Positions 38,531-52,425 are shown, counted from the stretch's first letter. The stretch is 64,000 bases of DNA from Octopus sinensis (GCF_006345805.1 NC_043009.1:41664001-41728000), one strand, 5' to 3'. Program-made: numbers and translations. Notes: a model not told the origin generated them from the sequence alone.

Positions 38531-39714
38531 TTTACACATACATGTATACATACACGCAGTCACAAACACATCTGTTTATTCATCTCCTGCTGCATCGTGT
38601 TGCTGATAATGTCCATAAATTGCATAAGGGTACACATATTAGAAATTTAACGACTTTGTATTTTTGCAAAACACTGAAGACGTGATTTATCAGGGTTATA
38701 TACTGTTTCAACGTGCTATTATGTAATCCTGGCAGTAAATGAAACACGTGTCTGTTTTATAAGACATAAAATACCATATATGGTTTTCGTATCTTATTCA
38801 TATTGTATACACACATACACATGTGCACACAAACAAAGATATGTGTATAAGTTTGCGGTGAGCCGCCGATTAGCGCTGCTAGTCATTGTACTATGATGTA
38901 TCATAAGAGAGGCAATCTATCTTATCAGCTCGCAGCGCAGCCTGTCCGGTTTCTGTGACTCAAGATGAGATAACCACTCCGAAATGTTTGCACCTTACAA
39001 TCTGGACAGCAAGAAATTTTCTCCGTGACAAAACTCAGTGAATGGTTTCCTTACAGGTTCGAGTATGCTCCGAGCATAATTGAACTGATACTAACATTGT
39101 ATATGTGTATATATATATATATGTAACTATGTAAAGCTTTGTGTTGTATTCTTATCGCTCAGTTTTAAGTAGCCATACAGAGCCACTATCAAATAACAGT
39201 AATCATTCTTTTGCACAGCTGTTTTATGAAGAAAACTAGCATTTGCCAGAACATGTCCTCCACAGTATCAATGCTACTTTAGGACCGACAAGTATAGCAC
39301 CAGTGTCGTTAAAAGTGCTGCTTTTAGAACGCGGCCCCCTTTCTCACGGTACATAAATAATCATGTTCAAGACTGCACCAGTTCAGCTAATCTACCGCCC
39401 TCACTTGGTAGTATGCTGCAGTAAGTGCTGTGTGCTCACCTCTCAGGTTTAAGTAACCATTGCAGGAGTAGCCGACTGCCTGTGTCCATGTACTAAAAAT
39501 TTAAGACGACACATCTGCTTTCATAATTATATGCATACTAACATACACAGACAAACACTGACACACATCGTATGCCATTTCCCCTACCCACTTTCTCTCT
39601 CTCTCTCTCTCTTTATGTGTTTGTGTGTGTGTGTGAGTTGGCCCCTAAATGTCTAATGGTGCTGTCGTTGTGAGAGTTGATTTCTTCCTCTTCTAAGAGA
39701 GGGTGAGAAAGAAA

Positions 39715-39724
39715 GGAAGAAGAA

Positions 39725-39759
<35 letters not shown>

Positions 39760-39996
39760 AGAAGAAGGAGGGGGAGAAGAAGAAGAAGAAGAAGAAGAAG
39801 AAGAAGAAGAAGGAGAAGAAAAGAAGAAGAAGGAGAAGAAAAAGGAGGAGGAGAAGAAGAAGAAGAAGAAGAAGAAGAAGAAGAAGAAGAAGAAGGAGAA
39901 GAAAAAGGAGGAGGAGGAGAAGAAGAAGAAGAAGAAGAAGAAGAAGAAGAAGAAGAAGAAGAAGAAGATGATGATGATGATGATGATGATGATGAA
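39715..39996. repeat. (GAA/GGA)n then (GAT)n microsatellite
   Basis: Direct reading. Confidence 0.95.
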
Positions 39997-40270
39997 GCAT
40001 CTACAACCAGTTCTGGACTGCTTTTTTTTCCTTATCTACTAACGAAAGGGTCAAAGGCCGTGCTGACCAGTATTTGCGATGAGAGCACCAACATCGGAAC
40101 GATTACCGGCAAAGCAGTTGTTCCAGTGCTCCAAAGACGATTCCATTTCGATGCCTTTAAACAAATCGTTCATCTTTTACTTGTTTCAGTTCTTGGACTG
40201 CGGCTATACTGGGGCAAAGCCATAAAGGTTTAGTCGAACAAATCGATTCCAGTGCAAATTTTTAAGCCTA

Positions 40271-40665
40271 TAGGCGTAAGTGTGGCTGTGCGGTAAGAAG
40301 GTTGCTTCACAACCACATAGTCCTAGGTTCAGTCCCACTGTGTGACACCTTGGGCAAGTATCTTCTACTATAGCTTCGGGCCGACCAAAGCCTTGTGAGT
40401 GGATTTGATAGACGGAAACTGAAAAAGCCCCGTCATATATATATATATATATATATACATGCATATATTTATGTTCCCCACCATCACTTGTTAACCGATG
40501 TTGGTATGTTGGTGTGTACGCGTCCCCGTAAACTAGCGGTTCGGCAAAAGCGATTTATTACAAAGAATAAGTCCTGGGGTCGATTTCTTCGACTAAAACG
40601 CTTTAAGGCGATGCTCCAGCATGGCAACAGTCAAATGACTGAAACAAGTAAAAGGGTAAAAGAAG
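40271..40665 (+). mobile_element. SINE family A, flanked by inverted SINE A fragments (40165-40265, 40678-40790, 40830-40980)
   Basis: Homology to 26952-27365; ctagcggttcggc.aaag present in both orientations. Confidence 0.85.
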
Positions 40666-41049
40666 AAAGGAATAAGCCGGGTACTTACTCTATCACTCGC
40701 TCTTTGGCCGAACCGCTAGGTATAGAGTCTTGAATAAACCAACACCGGCTGTCAGGTGGTGATGGATAACAAACAAAACATCAAACACACGCGTGAACCC
40801 CCCCACACACACACACAATCACACACACATACATATATAGGAGGGACTTTTACAGTTCCCCGTTCACACATAAGGACTTGGGGCTATAAGAGAAAATGCT
40901 TGCCGAAGGTGCCACGCAGAAAGAGAGAGTGAAACAGAAACCATGCGGTTGTAAAGCAAACCTCTTACCACACAGCCTCCTTGGACTCTCAGGGGACAGA
41001 CGGTGCCCTGGTGGCGTCGTTGTGACGGTCGATCTCTTCTTCTCCTGAA

Positions 41050-41200
41050 AAAAGAGTGACAAAGGGACCAAAGAATTTACTCCAATTCTGGACCGGTACA
41101 TCCTATCTATCTACTTCGAAAGGATTAAAGGCAAAGTTGACCTTGGTGGAATTCGAACTCACAGCACATGAAATAAGAATGAACACTGCAAATTTGTATT
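41050..41200 (-). mobile_element. Degenerate SINE family B
   Basis: aaaggcaaagttgaccttggtggaattcgaactc. Confidence 0.7.
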
Positions 41201-41454
41201 CCTTTGTATTCTGATCCGCGAACTACTCTACCAGTTTGATGTCTGTTTATACATAAATATGGAGGAATAAAATAAATGTAGATGTAAATGGAACTTTATA
41301 CAGAATAATAAAAAAAGAAATAACCTACTTTTGATATGTAAGTGTACAAATACCTGTTTGCTCTCTTAGTGATATCAACGTCATCGTCATCGCCGTCGTC
41401 GTTGTTTAAAATCTGTCTTCCATGTTGGCATGGGTTGGAATATATATATATACA

Positions 41455-41600
41455 AATGCAGCGTGGAAGGTGTTTATAAGCCATTTGAAAACAAACAAAA
41501 CGCCGTTAGATTCACTTGACATTTAAATTTAATTTGTCTCAAAATATTTTCGTCGCTTTGAAACCACGTCCTGTTCACTGGCAAAACTTTGTGCTGCATC
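41455..41600 (-). mobile_element. ~145-bp MITE-like repeat; second copy at 62400-62548
   Basis: Reverse complement of 62400-62548; short tgcagc terminal inverted motif; TA-repeat flanks. Confidence 0.7.
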
Positions 41601-41703
41601 TCTCTCTATATATAAAATTAGAATAATTTATTACGCATTCGCATGCGTAATAAAAGCCATAAGACAACATATTTTCATATATAAGAGTGTATAAATATTT
41701 TTA

Positions 41704-41812
41704 CACAACGAGAAAACCCATGACAGGACTTCTTACATGCTAAAAAGGGCAGGTTGGGTTTAACTACCCTTTTTAACATGTAAGAAGTTTTGCCATGGGT
41801 CTTCTCTTTGTG
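41704..41812. mobile_element. 109-bp foldback MITE
   Basis: ~49-bp inverted arms with ~7 mismatches and an ~11-nt loop; TA on both sides. Confidence 0.7.
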
Positions 41813-41904
41813 TATATATCTTATTATACTCTTATGCACACACACACACACACACATACACACACACACACACACACATACACACACACACACACATACA
41901 CACA

Positions 41905-42278
41905 CACACACTTTTATTCTTTTACTCGTTTCAATCAACACCTAAAAGATGTTAGTCGAAGGAATCGACCATAGGACTTAGTCTTTGTAAGCCTAGTTCT
42001 TATTCTATTGGTCTCTTTTGATGAACCACTAATTTTCATGGATATAAACGCACCAGCATCGATGGTCAAGCGATGACGGTGGGATGGGACAAACACAAAC
42101 ACACACACACAAATATTTACATATATACGACGGGGTTCTTCTAGTTTCCTTCAACAAAATCTGCTCACAAGTTGGCCCGAGGCTATAGCAGAAGACACTT
42201 GCCCAAGGTGCCATGCAGTGGGACTGAACTTGGAACCATGTGGTTGGGAAGCAAGCTTCTTACCGCACAGCCACGCTT
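41905..42278 (-). mobile_element. SINE family A
   Basis: gaagacacttgcccaaggtgccatgcagtgggactgaac. Confidence 0.85.
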
Positions 42279-42406
42279 TCGACCATATATACATACATAC
42301 ATACATAGAAACATACATACATACATACATACATACATAATGCATATATATATATATAATATATATTGTATGTATATGTATGTATATATATTTGTATATA
42401 TATTGT

Positions 42407-42456
<50 letters not shown>

Positions 42457-42457
<1 letters not shown>

Positions 42458-42658
42458 GCCATGATAAATCGCTAGCCACTACACGCATTTTTCTCTCCTT
42501 GTTTCTCCTCCTTCTTTCTTTTTGTGTTCCTTTCTGTGGAAGAGCGTAGGCTCGAAACGTTAAAGACTTTTTCAATTCCCGAGCGTTATACTAATACATC
42601 TGCTTGTTTTCTACACCACCTGTTTTCGTCTTCTGTTTTTTCTTTCGTGAATTCTCCC

Positions 42659-42660
<2 letters not shown>
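42457..42660 (+). mobile_element. PLE-derived family 1 copy (hammerhead-like motif 42530-42565)
   Basis: cttt CTGTGGA a GAGC gtag GCTC GAA ACGT T aaag; (TA)n on both sides. Confidence 0.75.
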
Positions 42661-42705
<45 letters not shown>

Positions 42706-43244
42706 GTGGCTCGTTTACAGCCGAAAGGCACACCTATAGATGTCGCTAAAGTGACTAAGAGTAGGTGGTTTCTAGCACCAGCATTGCTAGAAATACGAGC
42801 CAAAAGAACTATTAGCCATATATATATGCATTGGTATATGTGTGTGTGTGTGTTTATATATGTATACGTTTGTGTGCCTGCATATATATGCACATCAAAA
42901 TATGTACGCAAGTGCAGGAGGTTCGATATAAAAAAAAAACAAAACAAAGCAGAAAATAGGAAACACAAAATTCTAAATTAGTGTTTTTATTGTTCTAAAT
43001 AGGGACAAGCAAAGAGAACGGTGATTACAATGAAATAAAACATTTAAATTTGTTAATTTATCTATGAATTATATGTGAACATGGAGAGCAAAAGAGAGAG
43101 GGAGAGTTAGACAGATAGATAGGGAGAGAGAGGAGGATAGGGAGAGAAAGACGGAGAGAGAGAGGGAGGAGAAGCATATATATATATATGTATATATTTA
43201 TATATATATTTGCATCAATGTGTGGATGTATGTATATATATATA

Positions 43245-44526
43245 CAGGGGTTGGGCAAAATAATGGAAACACCTTAAAATTTCAAACAAATTTATTTCAA
43301 TATGGGGGTAGGACCGCCTTTGGCGGTAATTACAACTTGAATTCTACGAGGTATGGACTCATACAAAGTTTGAATTGTTTCCAAAGGAATTTTTGTCCAT
43401 TCTTCAGCTAAAACAGTTTCCAGTTCTTGTAGTGATGACGGTGGAGGACATCGACTCCTTACTTGTTTTTCTAAAATCCACCATAAATGTTCAATAATAT
43501 TGAGATCTGGAGACTGTGGTGGTTAGATAAAATGTTCAACCTCACTGGATTCTTCCTCGTGTCATTCAGTAACAACTTTAGTTGTGTGAATTGGTGCATT
43601 ATCATCCTAAAAGATTGCGTTTCCCTCTGGAGGTAGTTCTGCAACAGTAGAATGAATATGATCAGATAAAATGATTAAATAGTCTTGACTATTAATTCTG
43701 CCATGAACGGAAGCTATTGGGCCGGTAGATTTCCAAGATGTAGCCCCCCTCCGCCCCAGATGATCACAGATCCTCCTCCATGTTTAACAGCTGGAAGAAG
43801 GTAGTCTGGGTTAGATGCTTCTTTTGGTTGCCTCCACACGTATAATCGGCAGGTGGTCGGAAATAAGATAAAGAATGACTCATCCGAGAAAAGAATATTC
43901 TTCCACTGCTCTAGGGACCAATTCTGTAGGTTTTTACTCCACTTTAAACGCTTTGAAACGTGTGTTTTTGAAAGTAGTCATTTTCTGATTGCAGCCCTCC
44001 CGTAAAATCTGTCTTTGTGGAGTCCCAGCGAACAGTTTTTTGTGGAAACTGGGTTCTCGACGTGGTTATTAAGCTCTGCAGTAATTTTGGGAGCTGTACT
44101 TTTGTGATCCTTTCTAACAATTCGCATAAGAGTCGGACGGTCCCTATTTGAAAGTTTTGGTTTTCTTCCGGAGTTTTGTTTTTATGGGGAAGTTTTTCCC
44201 TCTTTCTCAAAGCCTGTCGTTACTTTCGAGACAGTACTTCTTGATACACCAAACATTTCGGCTGTTGTCGTTCCGCTAGCGTCTGCCATACGAGCACCAA
44301 CAATTTGACCTTTTGAAAGTCCGATAGATCTGTCATTTTAATGAATTTTGATTACCTTTTTCTGATGATATCTGAAAAGAAACAGCAATTTTAGCAAAAC
44401 ATATTAAGCAAAACTAATAATAAATCAAAAACCATAAAAATAAACAAGCTTTTTGACGGTTTTATAGATATTCCAAAATTATGATGCTATGATACTAGGT
44501 GTTTCTATTATTTTGTCCAACCTCTG
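43245..44526 (-). mobile_element. Full-length degraded Tc1-like DNA transposon (1282 bp)
   Basis: TIRs cagg/aggttgg(g/a)caaaataat(g/a)gaaacacct, TA TSD. Confidence 0.9.
43297..44336 (-). pseudogene. Tc1 transposase pseudogene
   Basis: MTDLSDFQK/GQIVGARMA..FGVSRSTVSK..SGRKPKLSNRD..FSDES..VKHGGGSVIIW..SIPRRIQVVITAKGGPTPY*; several frameshifts and stops. Confidence 0.85.
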
Positions 44527-46648
44527 TATATGTATATATATACAGTGAGACAGATTTAGAAAGAGAGATATGTATATTTACACACACACTCACACACACA
44601 TACATACACATGCACATCTATATTTGCACATTTACTTACGTACGTATGTACGTGTGTTTGTATAGCTTTTACGAGAATGTCTACAAGAAATTCCACCCCT
44701 TCAAACGAAAAAGAATTCTAAAATAATAGCATCACACACAAACACACACGCACACACAGTCACACACACACCACCAGACACACATACTCCGCCAGACACA
44801 CATACACACACACACGCACACGCACACACACACGCGAAAGAAAAACGATTTTAAAATATTGATGCGAACAATTGTCTTACCCTCCTCCACTTCCTCCGCT
44901 TTCTAATCATCATCATCATCACCACCACCACCACCACCACCACCATCATCATCATCAGCATCATCATCGTCGTCGTCGTCATCATCATCATCATCGTCAT
45001 CATCATCATCAATAGCAACCTACCTTCTGCCTTTTGCACATAATCTTTACATCACGTGAAGTCACACACACACGGACATAACGCACGCAGGGCAGACACA
45101 TTTAAGCATGAACAAACACGTATACACACATACATACATACATACATATATAAACAGAAATACATACACATACACTTACTTACACATACACACACATGTA
45201 TATATACATATATATATATAGATACATCTTTTGTGAATTCTCCCCCTATATATGTATAAATATATAGGTGCACACACCACATGTATGTATTATATATATA
45301 TATTATTTTATGTCAAAACTCGTAAAACAATTTTTGCTGTTCTTCAACACCAAAATCTAAGTAAAATCATGAACAATAACAGCAGTAGCAGCAGCAGCAG
45401 CAGCAGTAGCGACAAGGACAACAACAGCAACAACAACGTGACGAGCTAGAATGCCAGTGTTGAAAATAACAATAAATATCTAATTTTAGTGTGACAGTAA
45501 CAATTCTGTAAACATGGCTTAATCAGGAAATTGAAAGAATTCTTTATATACAACAATCATGCACACACCTCTACACATACTTGTACAAGCATGTGCGCAC
45601 ACACATATACACATAGGCACACACACACACATGTATATATATATATATATATATGTGTGTATATGTAACATATAATCATTCATACATTGGGAGTTGAATT
45701 TGTGTTTGTCACCCATCTCAAAATTGGATTTATTGGCGTGGGGGCCTCGTTTTGTGATGCGGTTTGGTGCGGTGTTGTATGGCGTGCAGATAGCGTAAAT
45801 AAGATGCTTACCCCAGGAACAATCTCCTCCGTTTTCTTTTACGTTGTTCTGTTGTTATTTGGCTGAAAACATTTACAATAATTTGCGATGCATAGTTTCG
45901 ATTCAAACTTAATTAAATATTCCTTATTCCGTTCTTTTCCCTGCATTTACAACTAAATTCCTCAGTTCGAAACAATTTAAAACAATCTGAAATAATCTAT
46001 GTATGTTTATATGTCAGATTGTATGGACACGTATTTCTAACATATACACAAATAGATGAATAAATTGATGGACAAATAGATTGATAACTATGCAGAAATG
46101 GAGTGAGACAAGTTGAGACGAAAGTATAGTCTGTACCATACTTAATGCTACGTTCAAGAAATTATCTATCTATCTCTCACAATGGACGGACGCTAGTCAT
46201 ATCGGCTCCACGTAAGTTGGCCACTTTTACATGTTTAAAACTCCTTGTTGTCAAATATTTTGTTTTAATCGTTGTGCAAGTTCATTCACTAAAAAACCTG
46301 AGAATTATTCACGTAGAATTCCGCCCCTGTATGGGCGAATTACAAAAAAACTTTCAAAACTTTCGTGTTTTTTTAGCCATTTTTCATTTTGAAAATGGCA
46401 ACTAGAACCACGTGGCTAGCCCGCCAGTCATGCAGAACGGTAGCAAAACACTATTGCTACCACTAGCTGCTAACATCGCAGCGTGAACACCGCTGTCACC
46501 ACCATCACCACCACCACCAACAACAACAACAACAAATCTAACGTCGCATTCACCATCGCCGCGACCAAAGACATTAACTTAGATTTCCCTCACTCCCCAC
46601 ACCCAACCACTTGTTGATGATAAAGGGACAGAGAAAGGGATTTCAAAA

Positions 46649-48393
46649 ATGAATACAAACGAAAACATGAATGCCAGCACCACACCATCACCACCACCAC
46701 AACAACAACAACGAAATTGGCACAAAGCCGCCTACCAAAGACAACACCGCAACACCAACACCACTACTACGACGTCAAATGCTACATCCAGCCTTCTACT
46801 GCTAATACCGCCAACACCAACACACTACCGTGACTTCAATTAACACTGCCACCATTACACTTCTACTGCCAAATTCAAACGAATTTTGCGGACGTAACAA
46901 AACAAAAAAAAACAATTGTAACATTCACCACACAAGAGATAAACCGCACAAAGGCACTCTTCTCCAAGAAGGAGACAAATTGCACCTTCACATTCCCACA
47001 CATCGTGGAAACACACAAAAAAAACAATAATTTATAAAGTAATAAACAAAAAAACAAGAAGAACAGAAAATGCACCGCAGGAAAAAATCGAAAATGCCTT
47101 CGTCCTGCATGGGACTCCAAGGAATATATCTGTTGGGGAAACAAATTTGGTACAGTCCAAGTACGTTTCCTCAACGAAAGTTTAGCAAAACGTTTTTCCA
47201 CATTGGAGCTACATTCGGACGACTTGGTAATGATACCAGTCTATTTAAACAAAAGGGTCACGAAAGTCCAAATAAAAAAACATACCATTTGATGTCGAAA
47301 CACAATGGTTGGTCTCTGCCATCTGCTTTGAAATGTCAGAGACAATGTCAGAGACAAACATCCTGGAAATCGCGGTTCTAGGAGAGAAAGACTATGTGGG
47401 CAAATCAATCGAATTCCTGCTTCAATTGTGAAGCAGCAAGAGAGAAGATACCCACCGCTATAGAACTGCCAGGAGGCTACAAACTCTATATAGTGGTAGA
47501 GGGCAGGCGACCACGCTGCTATTTGTGTGGAAGCGAAACACACTTGAAAAAGACGTGCCCAACCACTGCACACCAAGAGCAACAACAACAACCACTACCA
47601 CAACCAAAGCACTCCGGAAAAAAAGCTCTACTACCCCACACCACCATCAACAACAGAAGACGACAAGAGAAGCACACCAAGCTAATCCGTCATCAACCAA
47701 AAACCACTCAACCTGGAAAAATACCAACACCACCAACAACAGCAAAACCCAAAGGAACAGAAAAACAAAGAAAACACACACAAACTGATCCCCCATCCCT
47801 TATACCGCACACTCAACACACACAAACACTCAACAACCAACAACAACGAAAACACAACACAACCACTTACACAGACATACATAGAAGCCCACAACATACC
47901 CCTACCCCTTCTGATTCCTCAGAAATTTCGTCGGAAGACGAAACCAGTGAGGAATGGCAAATAGCTACAAAAAGAAGGAAAAAAAGAGCAGAAACACAAC
48001 CAAACCAAATGCAAACACGAACAAAGCAGGGGGAAATACATCTCCCGAAGACATTTCAAAACCAAACGCAAACAACAGCCACACCAACACCACAAAAACA
48101 TATACAGCAAACATGCTCACAGCCATAGACACCAAAAACCACAATTGATGGAATACATCCAATCAAAAACAAACATAACAGAAGATGACATAAAACAAAC
48201 AACCACCCATACACAACACCACCAGACCACATCAAAATATTACACATCTCCAAAAGTCTGCACCACACACTCAAAGGCATTTTCCCCAGTGCGGTTGGTA
48301 AATGCCAAAAATATCTCACAAAGAAACTGTACTGGGATCTTCTCGAGGACAAACCAACGGAGGAGAAAGCAAAAACTTTCGAGCAGTAAGTAA
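46649..48393 (+). pseudogene. LINE ORF1 (gag-like, RRM-like plus zinc knuckle), frameshifted as assembled
   Basis: KFGTVQVRFLNESLAKRF..IPVYLNKRVTKVQI..KLYIVVEGRRPRCYLCGSETHLKKTC (CX2CX4HX4C). Confidence 0.75.
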
Positions 48394-48420
48394 CCCTCTG
48401 TATTCTAATTCATTAGAACT

Positions 48421-51400
48421 ATGATCAAGATTGGTTGTGTAAATGCGCGTGGCTTGGGGTCCCCTTGGAAACAAGGGTACCTCTTAATGACATAAAGTCA
48501 CATAAGTTAGAAATCATAGCCATAAGCGAGACCAGACTCCACAATCCGCGGGCCCTAAAGACCATGTTTGGCGGACAGTTCAACATTTATTTTTCCCCCT
48601 GTCTGCCGAGAATGGGCGGTAGTGGCACCGCGGTACTTTTTCACAAGAGTCTGGATCTCAATGTAAGGACAATATTCGTAGACCCGGAGGGTAGACTGGT
48701 CGTCCTGGATGTCGACGGCAGCAATGGGTGCGCTTTTCGACTCGTATCAGTTTACGCACCGCCCTTAACAGGTCGGCGGATTTCTTTCAACGTCTAGAAG
48801 TTTTCTTGGGAACGTCTCGTCCTTTACTCTTAGTGGGGGATTGGAATGCTACCTTGGACACGCATGTAGACTACGTGGTAGAGATAGGAATAGACGGGAT
48901 GCAAATGCCTCAGAGACCTGCTCAGACGCTTTCAACTGTCTGACAGGTTCGACTAGACCACCCGAATGCGCCACGTGGACATGGAGCAACCGCATCGGGT
49001 CGTCGAGATCGTATCTAGATAGGATACTGTGTAGGACAGTAGATAGAGATAGCATAGGATGTCCACAATTCCACATAGTCAGCTACACGGATCACAAACT
49101 TGTGACATGTACGCTAGACTTAGGTAAGACACTTAGGCAGGGTCCCGGATACTGGAAACTAAACGCGTCTTTCCATCGAGACAGGTTTCAGAGACCGGAT
49201 TAGCACACTAGTAAAGAGGGCTTTGACGGAGCCATCATCAACAACAAATGGTGGTTTGCCCTCAAGAGAGCAGTAAAAGCAGAAGCGATTAGGTACAGCA
49301 AAGCACTAGCCATAGATAGAAATAGAGTAGAGGTGAGCTAGTTAAGAAGCTAGAAGAGCAATTAGAAGCGGCATCGCATCCGACGTTTTTGGCGGCGAGG
49401 TTGGCCCTCGACCAACACTTCAACGCCAACACGAAGGATGTGCTGTCAGAGAGCTAGGATGCGTGCTCTAAGGAACGAATGTTGGAGCCGCGAGAGAGGC
49501 CCGGGTGGCAGAGGCGCAACAGGCAACAAAGCCACCATTCGGTCACTGGTAGATGAACAGGGGCGCGAATTGCTCGAGCCAAGTAAAATGTGTGAGGCCT
49601 TTCAGCAGCATTTTGCCCGACTGTTCGGAACGAGTGGAGGGCAAGAACGTAGGGTGGACTTCAGTGCCTACCTACATAGCCTACCACGACTCTCGACAAG
49701 AAAGGCAGGGTGCTGCGAAGGTGCCATCACGGCGGCGGAAGTGCGGGAAGCGATGGCAGAATGCTCGAGGGACAAATCACCGGGTTTGGATTTCTACCTA
49801 CGAGCTTTACAATTGTATCCAGACTTGTTTGGAGATCTCTTGGCGGCGGTGTACTGCAACTGGCAGCAAAACGGGAGCATTCCTGGTTTTGTGAGCCGAG
49901 GAGCCGTAACACTGCTGAAGAAAGATCTAAACAAGGGAAATGTAATAGATAACTTTAGGCCCATCACTCTGCTTAATGCAGACTTGAAATTTTGGCCAGG
50001 TGCTAGCCAAGAGGTTGGCGCTTGTCATCGAGAAACTGGTCGACAAGGCGCAAACATGCGCCGTGCCAGGCCGGACCATCCATGACAACCTCCATCTGAT
50101 GCGCTACATCATAGACAGGGTAGTTAACGAACCTGGCATGGGTGGGGCCCTGATCAACTTGGATCAATCGAAAGCCTTTGATAGGGTAGACCATCGATAC
50201 TTGGAGGCAGTCCTGAGAGCGGCTGGTTTCGGTCCCGTCTTCCGCGGCTGGATAGCTGCCTTGTACAGAGGCATCCGTTCGGTAATTCGCGTAAATGGAC
50301 ATCTATCGAGACCTTTCGACATTGCACGTTCGGTCCGTCAGGGATGCCCCCTCTCGGCGCTTCTATACGTATTGACTCTTGAGCCATTATTGCGGAAGCT
50401 GGCGACTCTAAGGGCATCCCGCGAGAATTGGGATGCGGGACGAGCGTGTCTGCATACGCGGACGACGTCACCGTCATAGTGTCTAGCCACGAGCACATCG
50501 AGCTGGTCGGCGAGACACTGAAAAACTACGAAGCGTGACAGGAGCGAAAATCAACCGGGAAAAGTCAGTGGGCTTGCGACTAGGCACCTGGAGACAAGCC
50601 CATGCCGTCCACCAGCGCCTCCGTCGTGGGACGCTGGACCGACGGCCCGGTTGAGTTGCTCGGGGTCTGGTTTGGTCCGGACCTCCAAGTGGAGAAGAAC
50701 TGGAACGAGATAACGAGTAGGGTGGTCACTCTCGCCCGCAATGGGCCGAGAGGAAACTGTCCCTAAAAGGTCGAGCGGAGGTGGCGAACACGTACATCGC
50801 GTCCGTCATCTACTACCGCCTGACCGTCGTACCTTGTCCCGACCCTACCATCACCAAACTACAACGCATCCTCTTTCGCTTCTTGTGGAAAGGATGCGTC
50901 CCGATGGTCAGGCGATCCATTTGCTGTCAACACCGTTAAGGAGGGCTGGGCATGCCGTGTTGATGATGCGCAGACACGCGCTGAGACTGCGACATCTCTG
51001 GCTCTATGTAGACGACGGTGAACAGTTGTGGTCGCCGTTTGTGAGGCACGCTTTCCCGCAGCTCGTCTCCATGACCGAACTGCAGTCGTGGATCAAAAAG
51101 AGGCCGAGGAAGGGCGAATGGCACCGCGAGTGTCGCGTTGCTCTCAAGCAACTCTGCCGTCCTGGTCGACCTTGAGTGACTTCAACACAACCAAAGCATT
51201 CTATAGGGGTTTAGTGGAGGGGAGGTACGACGACGAGCTCGGGGCGAACTGGGACGTCGACGAGGAGTACCTGACCCGCCTGTTCAGCCGACTTTCGGGC
51301 CAGGGCCCATGGACAACTTCCAGAGATCCCTGGCCTGGCAGTGCTACCGAAGAAGCGCTACCCGTTCGGGATAAGCTCTACAGACACGGCTCGAGAAACA

Positions 51401-51829
51401 CGGGGCCGACCTGCCCGAGATGCGGTCAGAGCGACGAAACGTTCTGCACGCACTCGTTCAGTGTCCAACAATTTCCGACCTGTGGGCTTATGTCGAACAA
51501 CTGCTGTCACGTGTGGGACGAGTCGGTTTATCAGCTGAGTCTATCGTCAATATTGTCACGCCTCCTTCCTTCAAACGGGAAGGAAGAGCTATTTTCATCA
51601 TCCTTGTGGCTATGGCGAAAGAATGTATCTGGTGGACGCGTCTGAAAGGATTGGAGACAAACACTTTCCTCTCTGGTCAAATTCTCATCAACTTCTTCAA
51701 GTACCACTTAAAAGGAAAGTGAGAGTAGAGAGGCAAGTTTTGTCTAGCGAATGTTTTAAAAAAAGATGGGTGAATGTAGCAAGAATGGCACGTATGAATG
51801 ACGAAGCCACCTTGAGCATAGTCCTATGA
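48421..51829 (+). pseudogene. LINE ORF2 (AP endonuclease + reverse transcriptase + C-terminal Cys motif), frameshifted as assembled
   Basis: MIKIGCVNARGL, IAISETR, VYAP, GDWNA, SYLDRI, TDHK, GPGYWKLN, KSPGLD, NFRPITLLNAD, LDQSKAFDRVDH, RQGCPLS, AYADDVTV, CPRCGQSDET. Confidence 0.9.
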
Positions 51830-52230
51830 ACCCAGAAATCGAAAACAGAGAGTTGCTTATTGCAAAAAAAAAAAAAAAAAAAAAAAAATATAAAATGTGA
51901 CTTCATTGACCGAGGTTACCGTGGTCTTTTCCGTAGGCTTTTCTTTCCACGGGTAACCTCAACCTGTCCTCCCCTTTACACTTCATATTGACATTTCTGT
52001 GATAACGATCCCTATTGATCATTTTTTTTTTTTTTTTTTTTTCCCCTCCCCTTTTTTTTTTTTAAACCCCCCCTTTTTTGTCCTCTTTCTCTCCTTTTAC
52101 GATCCCTTTTGATCGAAACTCCCCCTTCCTTATTTTTTATTTATTTTTTTTTTTTAAAACTTCAAAAGAAAAGCTCTACCTTGTAATTTGTTCTATCTGT
52201 GTGCAGCCCTGTGTGGCTAATAAAGAAACA

Positions 52231-52265
52231 TATCTATCTATCTATCTATCTACCTATCTATCTAG

Positions 52266-52328
<63 letters not shown>

Positions 52329-52347
52329 GCTATCTATCTATCTATCC

Positions 52348-52382
<35 letters not shown>

Positions 52383-52383
52383 C

Positions 52384-52425
<42 letters not shown>

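Larger units (their letters stand above)
46176..52230 (+). mobile_element. Near full-length Tx1/L1-clade LINE (~6.05 kb); 5' boundary tentative
   Basis: ORF1 with CCHC knuckle, ORF2 APE-RT-Cys-rich region, 3' UTR ending ctaataaagaaaca; tatctatctatct at 46163-75 and (TATC)n from 52231. Confidence 0.9.
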
